Assembly: GCA_039807535.1 (NCBI GenBank)
Contig: JBDHRL010000002.1
Coordinates: 3,757-67,756 of the forward strand
Direction: 5' to 3'
Origin: Rhodocyclaceae bacterium
GTDB taxonomy: Bacteria; Pseudomonadota; Gammaproteobacteria; Burkholderiales; Rhodocyclaceae
DNA length: 64,000 nt
The notes beneath the pieces are model-generated. The model did not search any database and was not told the DNA's origin. It saw only the letters and a list, made by a program, of their open reading frames with translations. Below, piece after piece: positions 30,605 through 40,639 of this stretch (positions are counted from its first letter, which is position 1; every line of letters starts with the position of its first letter). The position numbers and the translations under genes were made by a program.

Positions 30605-30889
30605 ATGAAAAACTCTCTCCTCGTTGCTGCTCTCGTCGCCGTGGCCCTGACTGCCTGCGGCAAGAAAGAAGAAGCCAAACCCGCCGCCGCTCCGGCTCCG
30701 GCACCGGCTCCTGCCGCTGCTCCGGCCCAGCCTGCCGGCATGGCTGGCATGGAAGCCCAGAAGGGCATGGAAGGCATGGGCGGCCAGCAGGGCATGTCCG
30801 GTATGGGAGGCATGTCAGGCATGGAAGCCCAGAAGGGCATGGAAGGCATGGGCGGCATGGAAGCCAAGAAGGAAGAGCCGAAGAAGTAA
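30605..30889 (+). CDS. Small lipoprotein with Met/Gly-rich repeat tail
   Basis: MKNSLLVAALVAVALTA-C lipobox; Ala/Pro linker; 11 Gly-Met pairs; perfect 39-nt duplication 30746-30784/30818-30856; SD AAGGG. Confidence 0.88.
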   Translation: MKNSLLVAALVAVALTACGKKEEAKPAAAPAPAPAPAAAPAQPAGMAGMEAQKGMEGMGGQQGMSGMGGMSGMEAQKGMEGMGGMEAKKEEPKK

Positions 30890-30906
30890 TTCGGTTGTGT
30901 CTCATG

Positions 30907-30936
30907 AAAAAGCCGGCCTGCGGGCCGGCTTTTTTT
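30907..30936. terminator. Bidirectional intrinsic terminator
   Basis: AAAAAGCCGGCC-TGCG-GGCCGGCTTTTTTT. Confidence 0.85.
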
Positions 30937-30955
30937 CGTCTGGCACCGGGAGGTA

Positions 30956-31723
30956 CTAGAGCAAGGCACGCCAGCCAAAACCTACCTCCTGGCCGGCAAC
31001 TCCCACCCAGTCAATCGTGCACCCCAGTACCTGAGCCAGCGCGCTTTGCGCCAGAATCGGCGTGTTGTTCTGCTGGCTCAGGTGCGCGGCGATCAGGTGC
31101 TGCAACCCGCGGGTTTCCAGGGCGCCCAGGAGCGAGGCGGCGGCCTCATTGTCGAGATGCCCGTAGCGGCCGGCAATGCGGCGCTTCAAATGCGGCGGAT
31201 AGCCGCCACCTTGCAACATGCCCACGTCGTGATTGCACTCCAGCACCAGCGCATCGCAGCCGCTCAGCATTCTCTCAACGTGAGGCGTGGAACTGCCCAG
31301 ATCGGTCGCTACCCCCAGACGATGCTCGCCATCCGAAAAGACGAACTGGACAGGCTCTCGTGCATCGTGCGGCACTGGAAAGGGATGGATTTCCAGATCG
31401 CAAACCTGGAACGGCCGATGACTGTCTATCAACTCCACCCTGGGCATTTCTCTCCCTTCCTGGGGCAGCGCCGCGAACGTCCCGTGCGTCATCCAGATCG
31501 GCAGGCGATGGCGAACCGCCACCTTGCAGGCGCCGGCGACATGATCGCTATGCTCGTGAGTGACAAGAATGCCGGACAGATCTTCCGGAGACAGGCCGAG
31601 GCTGCACAGCCTGGCCGCGATTTCACGCGGGCCGAATCCGCAATCGAGCAACAGGCGGGTGGCGCCCGCTTCGACCAACAGGGCATTGCCGCGGCTGCCG
31701 CTGCCCAGAGAGGCAAAGCGCAT
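30956..31723 (-). CDS. MBL-fold metallo-hydrolase (YycJ/PhnP-like)
   Basis: LGSGSRGNA, THEHSDH (HxHxDH), VPHDA, LECNHD, GHLDN, AHLSQQNN. Confidence 0.9.
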   Translation of the reverse strand: MRFASLGSGSRGNALLVEAGATRLLLDCGFGPREIAARLCSLGLSPEDLSGILVTHEHSDHVAGACKVAVRHRLPIWMTHGTFAALPQEGREMPRVELIDSHRPFQVCDLEIHPFPVPHDAREPVQFVFSDGEHRLGVATDLGSSTPHVERMLSGCDALVLECNHDVGMLQGGGYPPHLKRRIAGRYGHLDNEAAASLLGALETRGLQHLIAAHLSQQNNTPILAQSALAQVLGCTIDWVGVAGQEVGFGWRALL

Positions 31724-32853
31724 TACTTCAACTGGTCGTAGAGCAGGCCAAGAATCTTCTTCGCGGTTTCGGAATTGTCCACGCCGCCCTCGCGGGTCAG
31801 GATCTGAACCGTGCTTTCGCCGCCATCCCCTTTGACCAGGATGCGGAACTGCTGATTGGCTGCCGGTTTGCCGCTGTCCCAGAATTTCAGCTTGCTGAGG
31901 AAGCCGCCATCGGACTTCTTGGCGTTGTCGGTTTCCGGATCGACGTATCGGACGAAGTAGAGTCCCTTGGTGCGATCCCGGTCCTCGACCGTGAAGCCGA
32001 CCCGATCCAAGGCCAAGCCGACACGGCGCCAGGAACGATCGAAGGCTTCCTGAAGTTGCAGCGCGCCGACGCCCTCCGCAGCCCGCACCAGCTTGGCGCG
32101 CTCCTCCTTCTGGGGCTCGGCTGCCATCAGGGTCTTGGCACGGTTTTCCTGGGTGCCGAGCCGAACCATCAGCCGCCGCAACATCTCGGCTTCAAGCTCC
32201 GGATCTGGCGGGCGGGGCTGCCAGACCGTGCGTCCCTTGCCCTCGTCGGCATACGCTTCATACATGCCTCGGTGGCTGATATAGATTTCTGTGGTGCCTT
32301 CCTCAACTCCCTTTTCAAGCCGGGTGCGGAACTTGTCGCGCTCGGGCGTCGAATAGATCTGGTCGAGAAACTTGCCCAGCGTGGCACGAATCATGTCCTG
32401 CGGCAGCTTGGCCCGGTTCTCCGCCCAATCCGTTTCCATGATGCCGGCGTCGGGAAGTTCGACGTTGACGATAAATCCCAGGTCCTGCCAGAACTCCTTC
32501 AGCGTCGGCCAGACCTTATCCGGCGTGCCGGCCACCACCAGCCAGCGCTGGCTGCCGGACCGTTCGACGCGCATATTGTCGATCTGCGGCAGCACTTCCT
32601 GCGCTGCGGCATCCTTCGTGCCGGCACGTTCCGTGCTGTAAGCCGAGAACGTGGCCGAGCCGCGCGGCGAGATGTCCGGAACGGCATAGCGCTCGTCACG
32701 ATTGGGCGAGGTCAGATCCGGCGGGATTTCCAGCGGCGGCAGCTTGCCCGCCGACTTGTAGTCGATCTTCTTCGATTCGATCGACATGCTGGAGCAAGCT
32801 GCCAGGACAACGGAAAAAGCACATACAAGGAATTTCGACCACTTGCGGATCAT
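31723..32853 (-). CDS. bamC: Outer membrane protein assembly factor BamC (NlpB)
   Basis: Lipobox VLAAC, LEIPPDL, GIMETDW, ERDKFRTRLE, WRRVGLALDRVGF; downstream of dapA. Confidence 0.92.
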   Translation of the reverse strand: MIRKWSKFLVCAFSVVLAACSSMSIESKKIDYKSAGKLPPLEIPPDLTSPNRDERYAVPDISPRGSATFSAYSTERAGTKDAAAQEVLPQIDNMRVERSGSQRWLVVAGTPDKVWPTLKEFWQDLGFIVNVELPDAGIMETDWAENRAKLPQDMIRATLGKFLDQIYSTPERDKFRTRLEKGVEEGTTEIYISHRGMYEAYADEGKGRTVWQPRPPDPELEAEMLRRLMVRLGTQENRAKTLMAAEPQKEERAKLVRAAEGVGALQLQEAFDRSWRRVGLALDRVGFTVEDRDRTKGLYFVRYVDPETDNAKKSDGGFLSKLKFWDSGKPAANQQFRILVKGDGGESTVQILTREGGVDNSETAKKILGLLYDQLK

Positions 32854-32879
32854 GCCCCGCCACTCCTCAAATTCTGGAT

Positions 32880-33758
32880 TCAAACGGCAACGCCGGCTTC
32901 GCGCATGGCTTGCAGCACGCGCTCGTGGCATTCTGCCGACAACGGCGTCAGCGGCAGACGAATCCCTGCCTCCATCAGCCCCATCCTGCTGACAGCCCAC
33001 TTCACGGGAATCGGATTGGCCTCGACGAAAAGATTGCGATGCAGGCCGAGCAGGCGCGCATTGATCTCGCGCGCCTTGACCACGTCGCCGGCAAGCGCTG
33101 CCGCGCACATTTGATGCATCAGGCGCGGCGCCACGTTGGCGGTCACGGAGATCGTGCCGTCGCCACCCAGCAGGATGAAGGCCAGTGCGCTGGCATCGTC
33201 ACCGCTGTACAGGGCAAACCCCTTCGGCGCGCGCTTGATGAGATCCGTGCCGCGCTCCAGGTTGCCCGTCGCATCCTTGATGCCGACTATGCCCGGCACC
33301 TGTGCCAGGCGCAGGGTCGTCTCGTTGCTCATGTCGGCAACGGTGCGGCCAGGGACGTTGTAGAGGATCATCGGCAGATCCACCGCCTCGGCAATCGCCT
33401 TGAAATGGCGATACAGCCCTTCCTGAGTCGGCTTGTTGTAGTACGGCACGACATTCAGGGAAGCGGCCGCGCCGACCTTCTTCGCATAGGCGGTCAGTTC
33501 GATCGCTTCGGAAGTCGAATTGCCGCCCGTCCCGGCAATCACCGGCAGGCGACCGGCCGAGTATTCGACCGCGGCACGGATGAGCTCACAGTGCTCTTCG
33601 ACATCGACCGTGGGCGACTCACCGGTCGTGCCGACGACGACGATGCCATCGGTGCCCTCCATCGCATGGAAATCCACAAGGGATTTCAGCCGCGGATAAT
33701 CTAGACTGCCATCCTCCCGCATGGGGGTGACGATGGCGACAATCGAGCCTTGGATCAT
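32880..33758 (-). CDS. dapA: 4-hydroxy-tetrahydrodipicolinate synthase
   Basis: [31 protein letters not shown]. Confidence 0.98.
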   Translation of the reverse strand: MIQGSIVAIVTPMREDGSLDYPRLKSLVDFHAMEGTDGIVVVGTTGESPTVDVEEHCELIRAAVEYSAGRLPVIAGTGGNSTSEAIELTAYAKKVGAAASLNVVPYYNKPTQEGLYRHFKAIAEAVDLPMILYNVPGRTVADMSNETTLRLAQVPGIVGIKDATGNLERGTDLIKRAPKGFALYSGDDASALAFILLGGDGTISVTANVAPRLMHQMCAAALAGDVVKAREINARLLGLHRNLFVEANPIPVKWAVSRMGLMEAGIRLPLTPLSAECHERVLQAMREAGVAV

Positions 33759-33872
33759 GGCGTTACGTTCACATGGAAACTGTTGATTTTACTTGATGGC
33801 TGCCGCTTCTGGAAATAAATGAATGAGGCGGTGCCGGGTTGACACTGTTGCATCATGCCGGTTCCCATCTGT

Positions 33873-34796
33873 CTACAGGTCGGCGAGTTCCTTGATATGG
33901 GTCGCTACGCTGCGGCCTAGGGCAGACAAGGCATAGCCGCCCTCCAGCATGGAGACGATGCGCCCTTGTGCGATTTCGGCGGCAACGGCCTTGAGCTGCC
34001 TGGTTACCCAGGCATAGTCGGACTCGACGAGCCCGAGCGAGGCCATGTCGTCTTCATAATGCGCATCGAAGCCGGCTGAAATGTAAATCGCCTGCGGCGC
34101 AAAACGCCTCAGGGCCGGCAGCCAGACATCGGCGACGGCCTCGCGGAAACCGTCGCTGCGCGTGCCTGCTGGAACAGGCACGTTGACCATGTTTGCCGCG
34201 GGCGATTCCGTACCGCAGTAGGGGTAGAAGGGATGCTGGAAGGTGCCGACCATCAGCACGCGCGCGTCATTGGCGAAGATGTTCTCGGTGCCGTTGCCGT
34301 GATGCACGTCGAAGTCGACCACCGCCACCCGCTCGAGGCCATGCGCCTCAAGCGCATGGGTAGCTGCGATGGCAATGTTGTTGAGAAAGCAGAACCCCAT
34401 GGCCCTGGCACGCTCGGCATGGTGTCCGGGAGGCCGCACACTGCAGAAGGCGTTTTCCGCTTTGCCGGCCATTACCAGGTCAGTCGCCAGAATGCCGGCG
34501 CCCGCCGAACGCAGAGCCGCCTGCCAGGTGCCGACGCTCATCGCCGTGTCGGGATCGAGATGGACGATGCCGCTCTCGGGAGCGCTCTCGGCAAGGGTCC
34601 GAACGTATTCGATCGGATGGACACGGGATATCTGTTCCAGCGACGCCAGGGGGGCATCGTAAAACGCAAGATAAAGATCGAGCCCGGAAGCGATCAGGCG
34701 GTCACTGATGGCGGCCAGGCGCTCCGGACACTCCGGGTGATGCGTTCCCATGTCGTGGAGCCAGCAGTCGCGATGGGTGATGAAGGCGGTCGTCAT
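33873..34796 (-). CDS. Histone deacetylase/AcuC family zinc hydrolase
   Basis: HHPECPERL, RPPGHHA, GFCFLNN, DFDVHHGNGT, SAGFDAH, LEGGY. Confidence 0.93.
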   Translation of the reverse strand: MTTAFITHRDCWLHDMGTHHPECPERLAAISDRLIASGLDLYLAFYDAPLASLEQISRVHPIEYVRTLAESAPESGIVHLDPDTAMSVGTWQAALRSAGAGILATDLVMAGKAENAFCSVRPPGHHAERARAMGFCFLNNIAIAATHALEAHGLERVAVVDFDVHHGNGTENIFANDARVLMVGTFQHPFYPYCGTESPAANMVNVPVPAGTRSDGFREAVADVWLPALRRFAPQAIYISAGFDAHYEDDMASLGLVESDYAWVTRQLKAVAAEIAQGRIVSMLEGGYALSALGRSVATHIKELADL

Positions 34797-34894
34797 GTGA
34801 AATCCTGGCGTTTGCCGGGTTTTTTCGAGATGGAATTGCAATAAAATCCACACTAGCCCTCATTATCCACCGATTGCCGCGCCCGCCTCAAGTC

Positions 34895-35815
34895 ATGTCC
34901 AACTCCCCGATTGATGAAGTCATCCGCCAGGCCGGGCGCATCGTGCTGGGCAAGGAACGACAGATCCGTCTCGCCCTGGTCTGCCTGCTCGCCCGCGGCC
35001 ATCTGCTCATCGAGGATCTGCCGGGCATGGGCAAGACCATCCTGGCCCACGTGCTGGCGAAACTGCTCGGGCTGAACTTCCACCGCATCCAGTGTACGGC
35101 GGACATGCTGCCGGCGGACATCATCGGCGTATCGATCTACGACCGCAACACGGGCGGCTTCCTGTTCCATCCCGGGCCGATCTTCGCCCAGCTCATCCTG
35201 GTCGACGAAATCAACCGCGCCACGCCCAAATCGCAAAGCGCCCTGCTCGAGGCAATGGAGGAGCACCAGGTCACTTGCGAAGGCGAAACGCGCCCCCTGC
35301 CGGAACCTTTCTTCGTCATCGCGACGCAGAATCCCTCGTACCAGATCGGCACTTTTCCCCTGCCGGAATCGCAGCTCGACCGCTTCCTCATGCGCATCGA
35401 GATGGGCTATCCGGACCCGGATGCCGAGCGTGCGCTGCTCGGCGGCGCCGACCGACGGGACATGGTCGCCGCGCTGCATCCCTGCCTCGAGCCGGGCGAA
35501 CTGATCGAGTTGCAGCATTCATTGCGCGACGTGCATGTCTCCGAAGCCCTTATCGCCTACGTGCAGGCCTTGGCCGAGCACACCCGCCGCTCGCCGGACT
35601 ATGAGACCGGCCTGAGCCCGCGTGCGACCTTGGCGCTGCTGCGCGCCGCCCGCGCCTGGGCCCTGATCGACCAGCGCAATCTGGTCCTGCCGGAGGACAT
35701 CCAGGCCGTCCTGCCGGCCGTGGCGGGGCATCGCCTGCATCCGGCCAGCGGCACGCCGGCCGCTGCGCCGTCGGATATCGCCTCGGCACTGATTGCTGTC
35801 GTGCCCATTCCCTGA
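34895..35815 (+). CDS. moxR: MoxR family AAA+ ATPase
   Basis: HLLIEDLPGMGKT, ILVDEINRATPKSQSALLEAMEE, ATQNP, PESQLDRF. Confidence 0.93.
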   Translation: MSNSPIDEVIRQAGRIVLGKERQIRLALVCLLARGHLLIEDLPGMGKTILAHVLAKLLGLNFHRIQCTADMLPADIIGVSIYDRNTGGFLFHPGPIFAQLILVDEINRATPKSQSALLEAMEEHQVTCEGETRPLPEPFFVIATQNPSYQIGTFPLPESQLDRFLMRIEMGYPDPDAERALLGGADRRDMVAALHPCLEPGELIELQHSLRDVHVSEALIAYVQALAEHTRRSPDYETGLSPRATLALLRAARAWALIDQRNLVLPEDIQAVLPAVAGHRLHPASGTPAAAPSDIASALIAVVPIP

Positions 35816-35818
35816 ACA

Positions 35819-36766
35819 ATGCAGGCCATCGCCTCGTTGCAGCGCTGGCTGTTCAGACTCTACGGTCCGGAAGCGGCGCCGATCATCCTGACCCAGCGTC
35901 GCGTCTATGTGTTGCCGACCCGGGCCGGTCTTGCCTATGCTGCATCGCTCGGACTGATGCTGTTGGGCGCCATCAACTACAACCTGAGCCTGGGCTATGC
36001 CCTGATCTTTCTCCTCGCGGGACTGGGGCTGGTTGCGATGCTGCACACCTTTCGCAATCTGGTGCGCATCGAAATATCCCCCGGCCGCGTCGAACCGGTT
36101 TTCGCCGGAGACACGGCCCATTTCGGAATTCAACTGCACAACAGGGGCAATCTGGCGCGCCAAGCCCTCAGCCTGAATCTCGCCGGAGGCGAAGCGGTAT
36201 CGGTCGACTTGCCGCCCGATGCGTCAACCCTGATCGATCTGCCTCTGCCGGCGCGCAAGCGCGGCTGGCTGAGACCCGGACGGCTCACTCTGGAAACCCG
36301 CTATCCCCTTTGTCTCGTTCGCGCCTGGAGCTACGCCGAGCCGGACATGCGGAGCCTGGTCTACCCGAAGCCGGAAGCCTCGCCGCCGCCCCTGCCCTTG
36401 TCGGCCGTCGGGGATGCGGGCGGATCACGCAGCGGTCTGGGCAGCGAGGATTTCGCCGGTCTGCGCACCCACCAGCCGGCCGATTCGCCGCGTCATGTCG
36501 CCTGGAAGGCGGTGGCACGCGAGCAGCCGCTGCTCACCAAGCAATTCACCGGCGCCAGCGCCACACAGGCCTGGCTCGACTGGCATGCGCTGCCGGCCGC
36601 GCTGGACACCGAGGCTCGCCTTTCCCGTCTGACGCGATGGCTGCTCGACGCCCATGCGCAAGGCTTGGCTTACGGACTGAACCTGCCAGCCAGGACGCTG
36701 CCGCTGGGGCATGGCGCACGTCATTTTCAGGATTGCCTCGAGGCGCTGGCCCTGCATGGCAACTAG
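35819..36766 (+). CDS. DUF58 domain protein
   Basis: Two N-terminal TM helices; VYPKPE, EDFAGLRTHQPADSPRHVAWKAVAR. Confidence 0.88.
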   Translation: MQAIASLQRWLFRLYGPEAAPIILTQRRVYVLPTRAGLAYAASLGLMLLGAINYNLSLGYALIFLLAGLGLVAMLHTFRNLVRIEISPGRVEPVFAGDTAHFGIQLHNRGNLARQALSLNLAGGEAVSVDLPPDASTLIDLPLPARKRGWLRPGRLTLETRYPLCLVRAWSYAEPDMRSLVYPKPEASPPPLPLSAVGDAGGSRSGLGSEDFAGLRTHQPADSPRHVAWKAVAREQPLLTKQFTGASATQAWLDWHALPAALDTEARLSRLTRWLLDAHAQGLAYGLNLPARTLPLGHGARHFQDCLEALALHGN

Positions 36767-38717
36767 GCGCGGAAGCCCGGCGCTGACCCGCAGCCAGGAA
36801 TTGTGGCTGCTGGCCTGTGCCCTGGTCACCCTGATTCCGGATGTCGAACACGCGCCCGCATGGCTGACACTGGCCGCCGCGACGGGTTTTGTCTGGCGGG
36901 CGGCGATCTGGTGGCGGCGCGCCGGGCTGCCTCAGCGCTGGTTCCTCAGCTTTCTCGTCGCGGCCGGATCGACGGGCGTCTTCTTCACCTACCGGCATTT
37001 TTTCGGCAAGGATCCGGGCATTGCCCTGCTGATCCTCTTTCTCACGCTCAAGCTGCTGGAGATGCGCCGGGTTCGCGACGGTCTGGCCGTGATATTTCTC
37101 TGCTACTTCCTGCTGCTCACCCATTTCCTCAATGAGCAGGGCATGGGCGTCGCCGGCCTCACCCTGGCGGCCGTCGTCGTCATCACCGCCGCGCTGGCCA
37201 GCCTCGGGCATGCCGGACAATCCGCAGTGGTTCACCTGCGCCTGTCCGCCCTCATGCTGGCCCAGGCCACGCCCTTCATGCTCGTCCTGTTTCTACTCTT
37301 TCCGCGCGTGCAGGGGCCGCTCTGGGGCATGCCAGCCGACGCCTACAGCGGACTGAGCGGGCTCTCGGACACCATGTCGCCGGGCTCGATCAGCAACCTG
37401 AGCCTGTCTGGCGAAATCGCCTTCCGCGCCCGTTTCGAGGGAGAGCCTCCGCCGAAGCCGCTGCTCTACTGGCGCGGCCCGGTGCTGCGCCTGTTCGACG
37501 GCCGCAGCTGGCGCGCCGGCGCTCAGCTGGATAAAGTCAGCCCCGGCGGCACGGCGACTGGAGAAGCGCTGCGCTACACGGTCACGCTCGAACCGCACAA
37601 CAAGCACTGGCTGTTCGCCCTGGACATTCCCGCCGCAGCGCCACCCAATGCCATGGTGTCGCGCGAGTTCCAGGTGCTGTCGAAAACCCCCGTGCGCAGC
37701 CGCCTCCGCTATGAGATGCAGTCCTGGCCTAATTTCACGCCGGGCCGGGAAGAGTCCGCGGCATCTCTGCGCAATTATCTGGGCCTGACCGCCAACAATC
37801 CGCGCACCCGGGCGCTGGCCGAGCAGTGGCGGCGCGAGGCCGGGCAGGACGAAGCCGTCATCCGACGCATGCTAGACCACTTCCGCAACGAAAATTTCTT
37901 TTACACCCTCACGCCGCCGTTGCTCGGCGACAACGGTATCGACCAGTTCCTGTTCGACACACGGCGCGGTTTTTGCGAGCACTATGCCGCGGCCTTCGTT
38001 TTCGCCATGCGCGCAGCGAACATACCGGCGCGTGTGGTCACCGGCTATCAAGGCGGCGAACGCAATCCGGTTGACGGCTATCTCATCGTGCGTCAATCCG
38101 ATGCCCACGCCTGGGCGGAAGCCTGGCTGGAGGGGAGGGGTTGGGTGCGGATCGATCCGACCGCGGCAGTGGCCCCGAGCCGCATCGAGGCCGGCCTGGC
38201 CTCCGCCGTGCCCGCCGGCGAGCCGCTGCCGTTCATCGTGCGGGCCGATTTTTCATGGCTGAGGCAATTGCGCTTCCGCTGGGAGGCCGTGACCAACAGC
38301 TGGAACCAATGGGTGCTCGGCTACGATCCGCTAAGGCAGCGCGAGGTGCTGTCCCGCCTCGGCATGCGCGAACCGGACTGGAAGGCCATGACGGCAGCCA
38401 TGGCCGTGCTGTGCGGATTCCTGCTGCTTGGCCTGACGGCCTGGGCGCTGCACAAGCGCACCCGTCTCGATCCGACGGTGCGGGCCTGGAACCGATTGAG
38501 CCGCAAGCTGGCAGTCGCCGGGCTGGCGCGCAAGGACTGGGAGGGACCGGCGGACTATGCGCATCGCGTGGTGCAGGCCCGGCCGGAACTGCGACCGTCC
38601 CTCTCCGCAATCTCCGCGCTCTACATCGACCTGCGCTATGGCAAACTGAACGGCAATGAGCATCGACGGAAATTGCGCGAGCTGATCGCCGCCCTGAAGA
38701 TAGATTCCCGACGATGA
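36756..38717 (+). CDS. TgpA-like membrane transglutaminase (DUF3488 + transglutaminase core)
   Basis: Multi-TM N-terminus; catalytic triad motifs GFCEHYAAAF, DAHAWAE, IDPT. Confidence 0.9.
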   Translation: MATRRGSPALTRSQELWLLACALVTLIPDVEHAPAWLTLAAATGFVWRAAIWWRRAGLPQRWFLSFLVAAGSTGVFFTYRHFFGKDPGIALLILFLTLKLLEMRRVRDGLAVIFLCYFLLLTHFLNEQGMGVAGLTLAAVVVITAALASLGHAGQSAVVHLRLSALMLAQATPFMLVLFLLFPRVQGPLWGMPADAYSGLSGLSDTMSPGSISNLSLSGEIAFRARFEGEPPPKPLLYWRGPVLRLFDGRSWRAGAQLDKVSPGGTATGEALRYTVTLEPHNKHWLFALDIPAAAPPNAMVSREFQVLSKTPVRSRLRYEMQSWPNFTPGREESAASLRNYLGLTANNPRTRALAEQWRREAGQDEAVIRRMLDHFRNENFFYTLTPPLLGDNGIDQFLFDTRRGFCEHYAAAFVFAMRAANIPARVVTGYQGGERNPVDGYLIVRQSDAHAWAEAWLEGRGWVRIDPTAAVAPSRIEAGLASAVPAGEPLPFIVRADFSWLRQLRFRWEAVTNSWNQWVLGYDPLRQREVLSRLGMREPDWKAMTAAMAVLCGFLLLGLTAWALHKRTRLDPTVRAWNRLSRKLAVAGLARKDWEGPADYAHRVVQARPELRPSLSAISALYIDLRYGKLNGNEHRRKLRELIAALKIDSRR

Positions 38718-39718
38718 CCCGCATCCTGCCAGCCGCCATTCTCTGTGCGCTCTTTGTTTCGGCGACCGGCGCCGGCGCGGGCGGGTTCGTCCAGCGCGAA
38801 GACGTCCGGGCCTTCATCGAGGAAATGCATGACAGGCACGGCTTCGATCGTGCCCGCCTGATGCGCCTGTTCGCCCAGGCGCAGCCCCAGCCCAGGGTGA
38901 TCCAGGCCATCCTGCCGCCGAAGGACCCGGCCGTGCGCTCCTGGCAAGGCTATCGTGCTCGGTTCATCACGCCCTCCCGCATCGAGGGCGGCCTGCGCTT
39001 CTGGGAGACGAACCGGGAAGCACTGGAAACGGCACAACGCACCTACGGCGTGCCGGAGGAGATCGTCGTTGCCATCATCGGCATCGAGACGATCTACGGA
39101 CGCCACATGGGCAGATTCCCGGCATTGGCCACGCTGGCCACCCTGGCTTTCGACTATCCACCGCGCGCCGATCTGTTCCGCCGCGAGTTGGAAGCCCTTC
39201 TGCTTCTTGCGCGCGAATCGCATCGCAGCCCGCTCAGCTTCACCGGCTCCTATGCGGGAGCGCTGGGCATACCGCAATTCCTGCCCAGCAGCATCCGCAA
39301 CTGGGCCGTGGATTTCGACGGCGACGGCAGCGTGGACCTGGCGGCGAGCAAACCGGACGCGATCGGCAGCGTCGCCAACTTCCTGGCCACTCATGGATGG
39401 GAGGCAGGCAGTCCGATCGCCGCCCCTGCCAGCGCATCTGGCGATCGCATCGGCGAACTCATCGATGCCGGCATCCTGCCGCGCTTCACTCCGACAGAAA
39501 TGGCGGCTTATGGCGTCGTTTCAGCGCCGGACGCGCCACAGCTGCCCTGCGCGCTGATCGACCTCGTCACGCCGAACGCCGCGACGGAATACTGGTTGGG
39601 CTACCGTAACTTCTATGTCATCACGCGCTACAATCGCTCCAGTTTCTACGCCATGACGGTATTTCTGCTGTCGCGGGAACTGAAGCTGGAACGGGAAGCA
39701 CGCCTGGCTACGCGGTAG
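38714..39718 (+). CDS. mltB: Lytic murein transglycosylase B
   Basis: AIIGIETIYG, GSYAGALGIPQFLPSS, DFDGDG, NFYVITRYNRSSFYA; ATGA overlap with the upstream gene. Confidence 0.93.
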   Translation: MTRILPAAILCALFVSATGAGAGGFVQREDVRAFIEEMHDRHGFDRARLMRLFAQAQPQPRVIQAILPPKDPAVRSWQGYRARFITPSRIEGGLRFWETNREALETAQRTYGVPEEIVVAIIGIETIYGRHMGRFPALATLATLAFDYPPRADLFRRELEALLLLARESHRSPLSFTGSYAGALGIPQFLPSSIRNWAVDFDGDGSVDLAASKPDAIGSVANFLATHGWEAGSPIAAPASASGDRIGELIDAGILPRFTPTEMAAYGVVSAPDAPQLPCALIDLVTPNAATEYWLGYRNFYVITRYNRSSFYAMTVFLLSRELKLEREARLATR

Positions 39719-39724
39719 GCATCC

Positions 39725-40636
39725 TTACAGCAGGACGTCCTTGGAAACGCCATGTCGCTTGAGTATGCGCCTGAGCTGCGCCAGCGCCTCGATCTGAATC
39801 TGTCGCACCCTTTCGCGCGTCAGGGATAACCGCTCCGCCAGTTCCTCGAGCGTGGCCACTTCACTGCCATTCAGACCATAGCGATATTCGATGACCTGGC
39901 GCTGCTTGTCGTTGAGCATGCCGATCCATTCCGTGACAAGGCGCTCCACCTCCGCTGTATGGATCTGCATTTCCGGCGTCTCTGCCGCATCGTCCGCCAG
40001 CGATTCGCCGATGGACAGGCTCGGGTCGATATCGAGCGGCGCATCCAGGGATGCAACGTGTTCGTTCAATGCCAGCACCTGGCGCACTTCCTCGACCGGC
40101 TTGTCCAACAGCAGGGCGATCTCCTCGATCCCGCTTTCGCGAGCACTCGATGCCTCCAGATGCCGCATGGCGCGCAGGACCGAATTGAGCTCTTTCACCA
40201 CATGCACCGGCAGTCGGATGGTGCGCGACTGGTTCATGATGGCCCGTTCGATGTTCTGGCGGATCCACCAGGTGGCGTAGGTCGAGAAACGGAAACCGCG
40301 CTCCGGATCGAATTTGTCCAGCGCATGAATCAGCCCAAGGTTGCCTTCCTCGACCAGATCCAGCAGCGGCAAGCCACGGTTCAGATAGTGCTTGGCGATA
40401 TTCACCACCAGACGCAGATTGTGCTCGATCATCTTCTGCCGCGCCGGCTCGTCGCCCTGGCGCGCCAGGCGAGAATAAGTTAACTCCTGCTCCGGCGTCA
40501 GCAGAGGATTGGCGCCGATCTCGTTGAGATAGATCTGGGTAACATCGTTGAGTAATTCCGGTTCGACCGTCGGCGCCGGTTCGGGCGGAGCCGGCTCGGG
40601 AAGCTCGCCTTCCTCTGGCAAGGCCTCGTCACGCAT
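39725..40636 (-). CDS. rpoS: RNA polymerase sigma factor RpoS
   Basis: [42 protein letters not shown]; follows nlpD. Confidence 0.95.
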   Translation of the reverse strand: MRDEALPEEGELPEPAPPEPAPTVEPELLNDVTQIYLNEIGANPLLTPEQELTYSRLARQGDEPARQKMIEHNLRLVVNIAKHYLNRGLPLLDLVEEGNLGLIHALDKFDPERGFRFSTYATWWIRQNIERAIMNQSRTIRLPVHVVKELNSVLRAMRHLEASSARESGIEEIALLLDKPVEEVRQVLALNEHVASLDAPLDIDPSLSIGESLADDAAETPEMQIHTAEVERLVTEWIGMLNDKQRQVIEYRYGLNGSEVATLEELAERLSLTRERVRQIQIEALAQLRRILKRHGVSKDVLL

Positions 40637-40639
40637 GCG

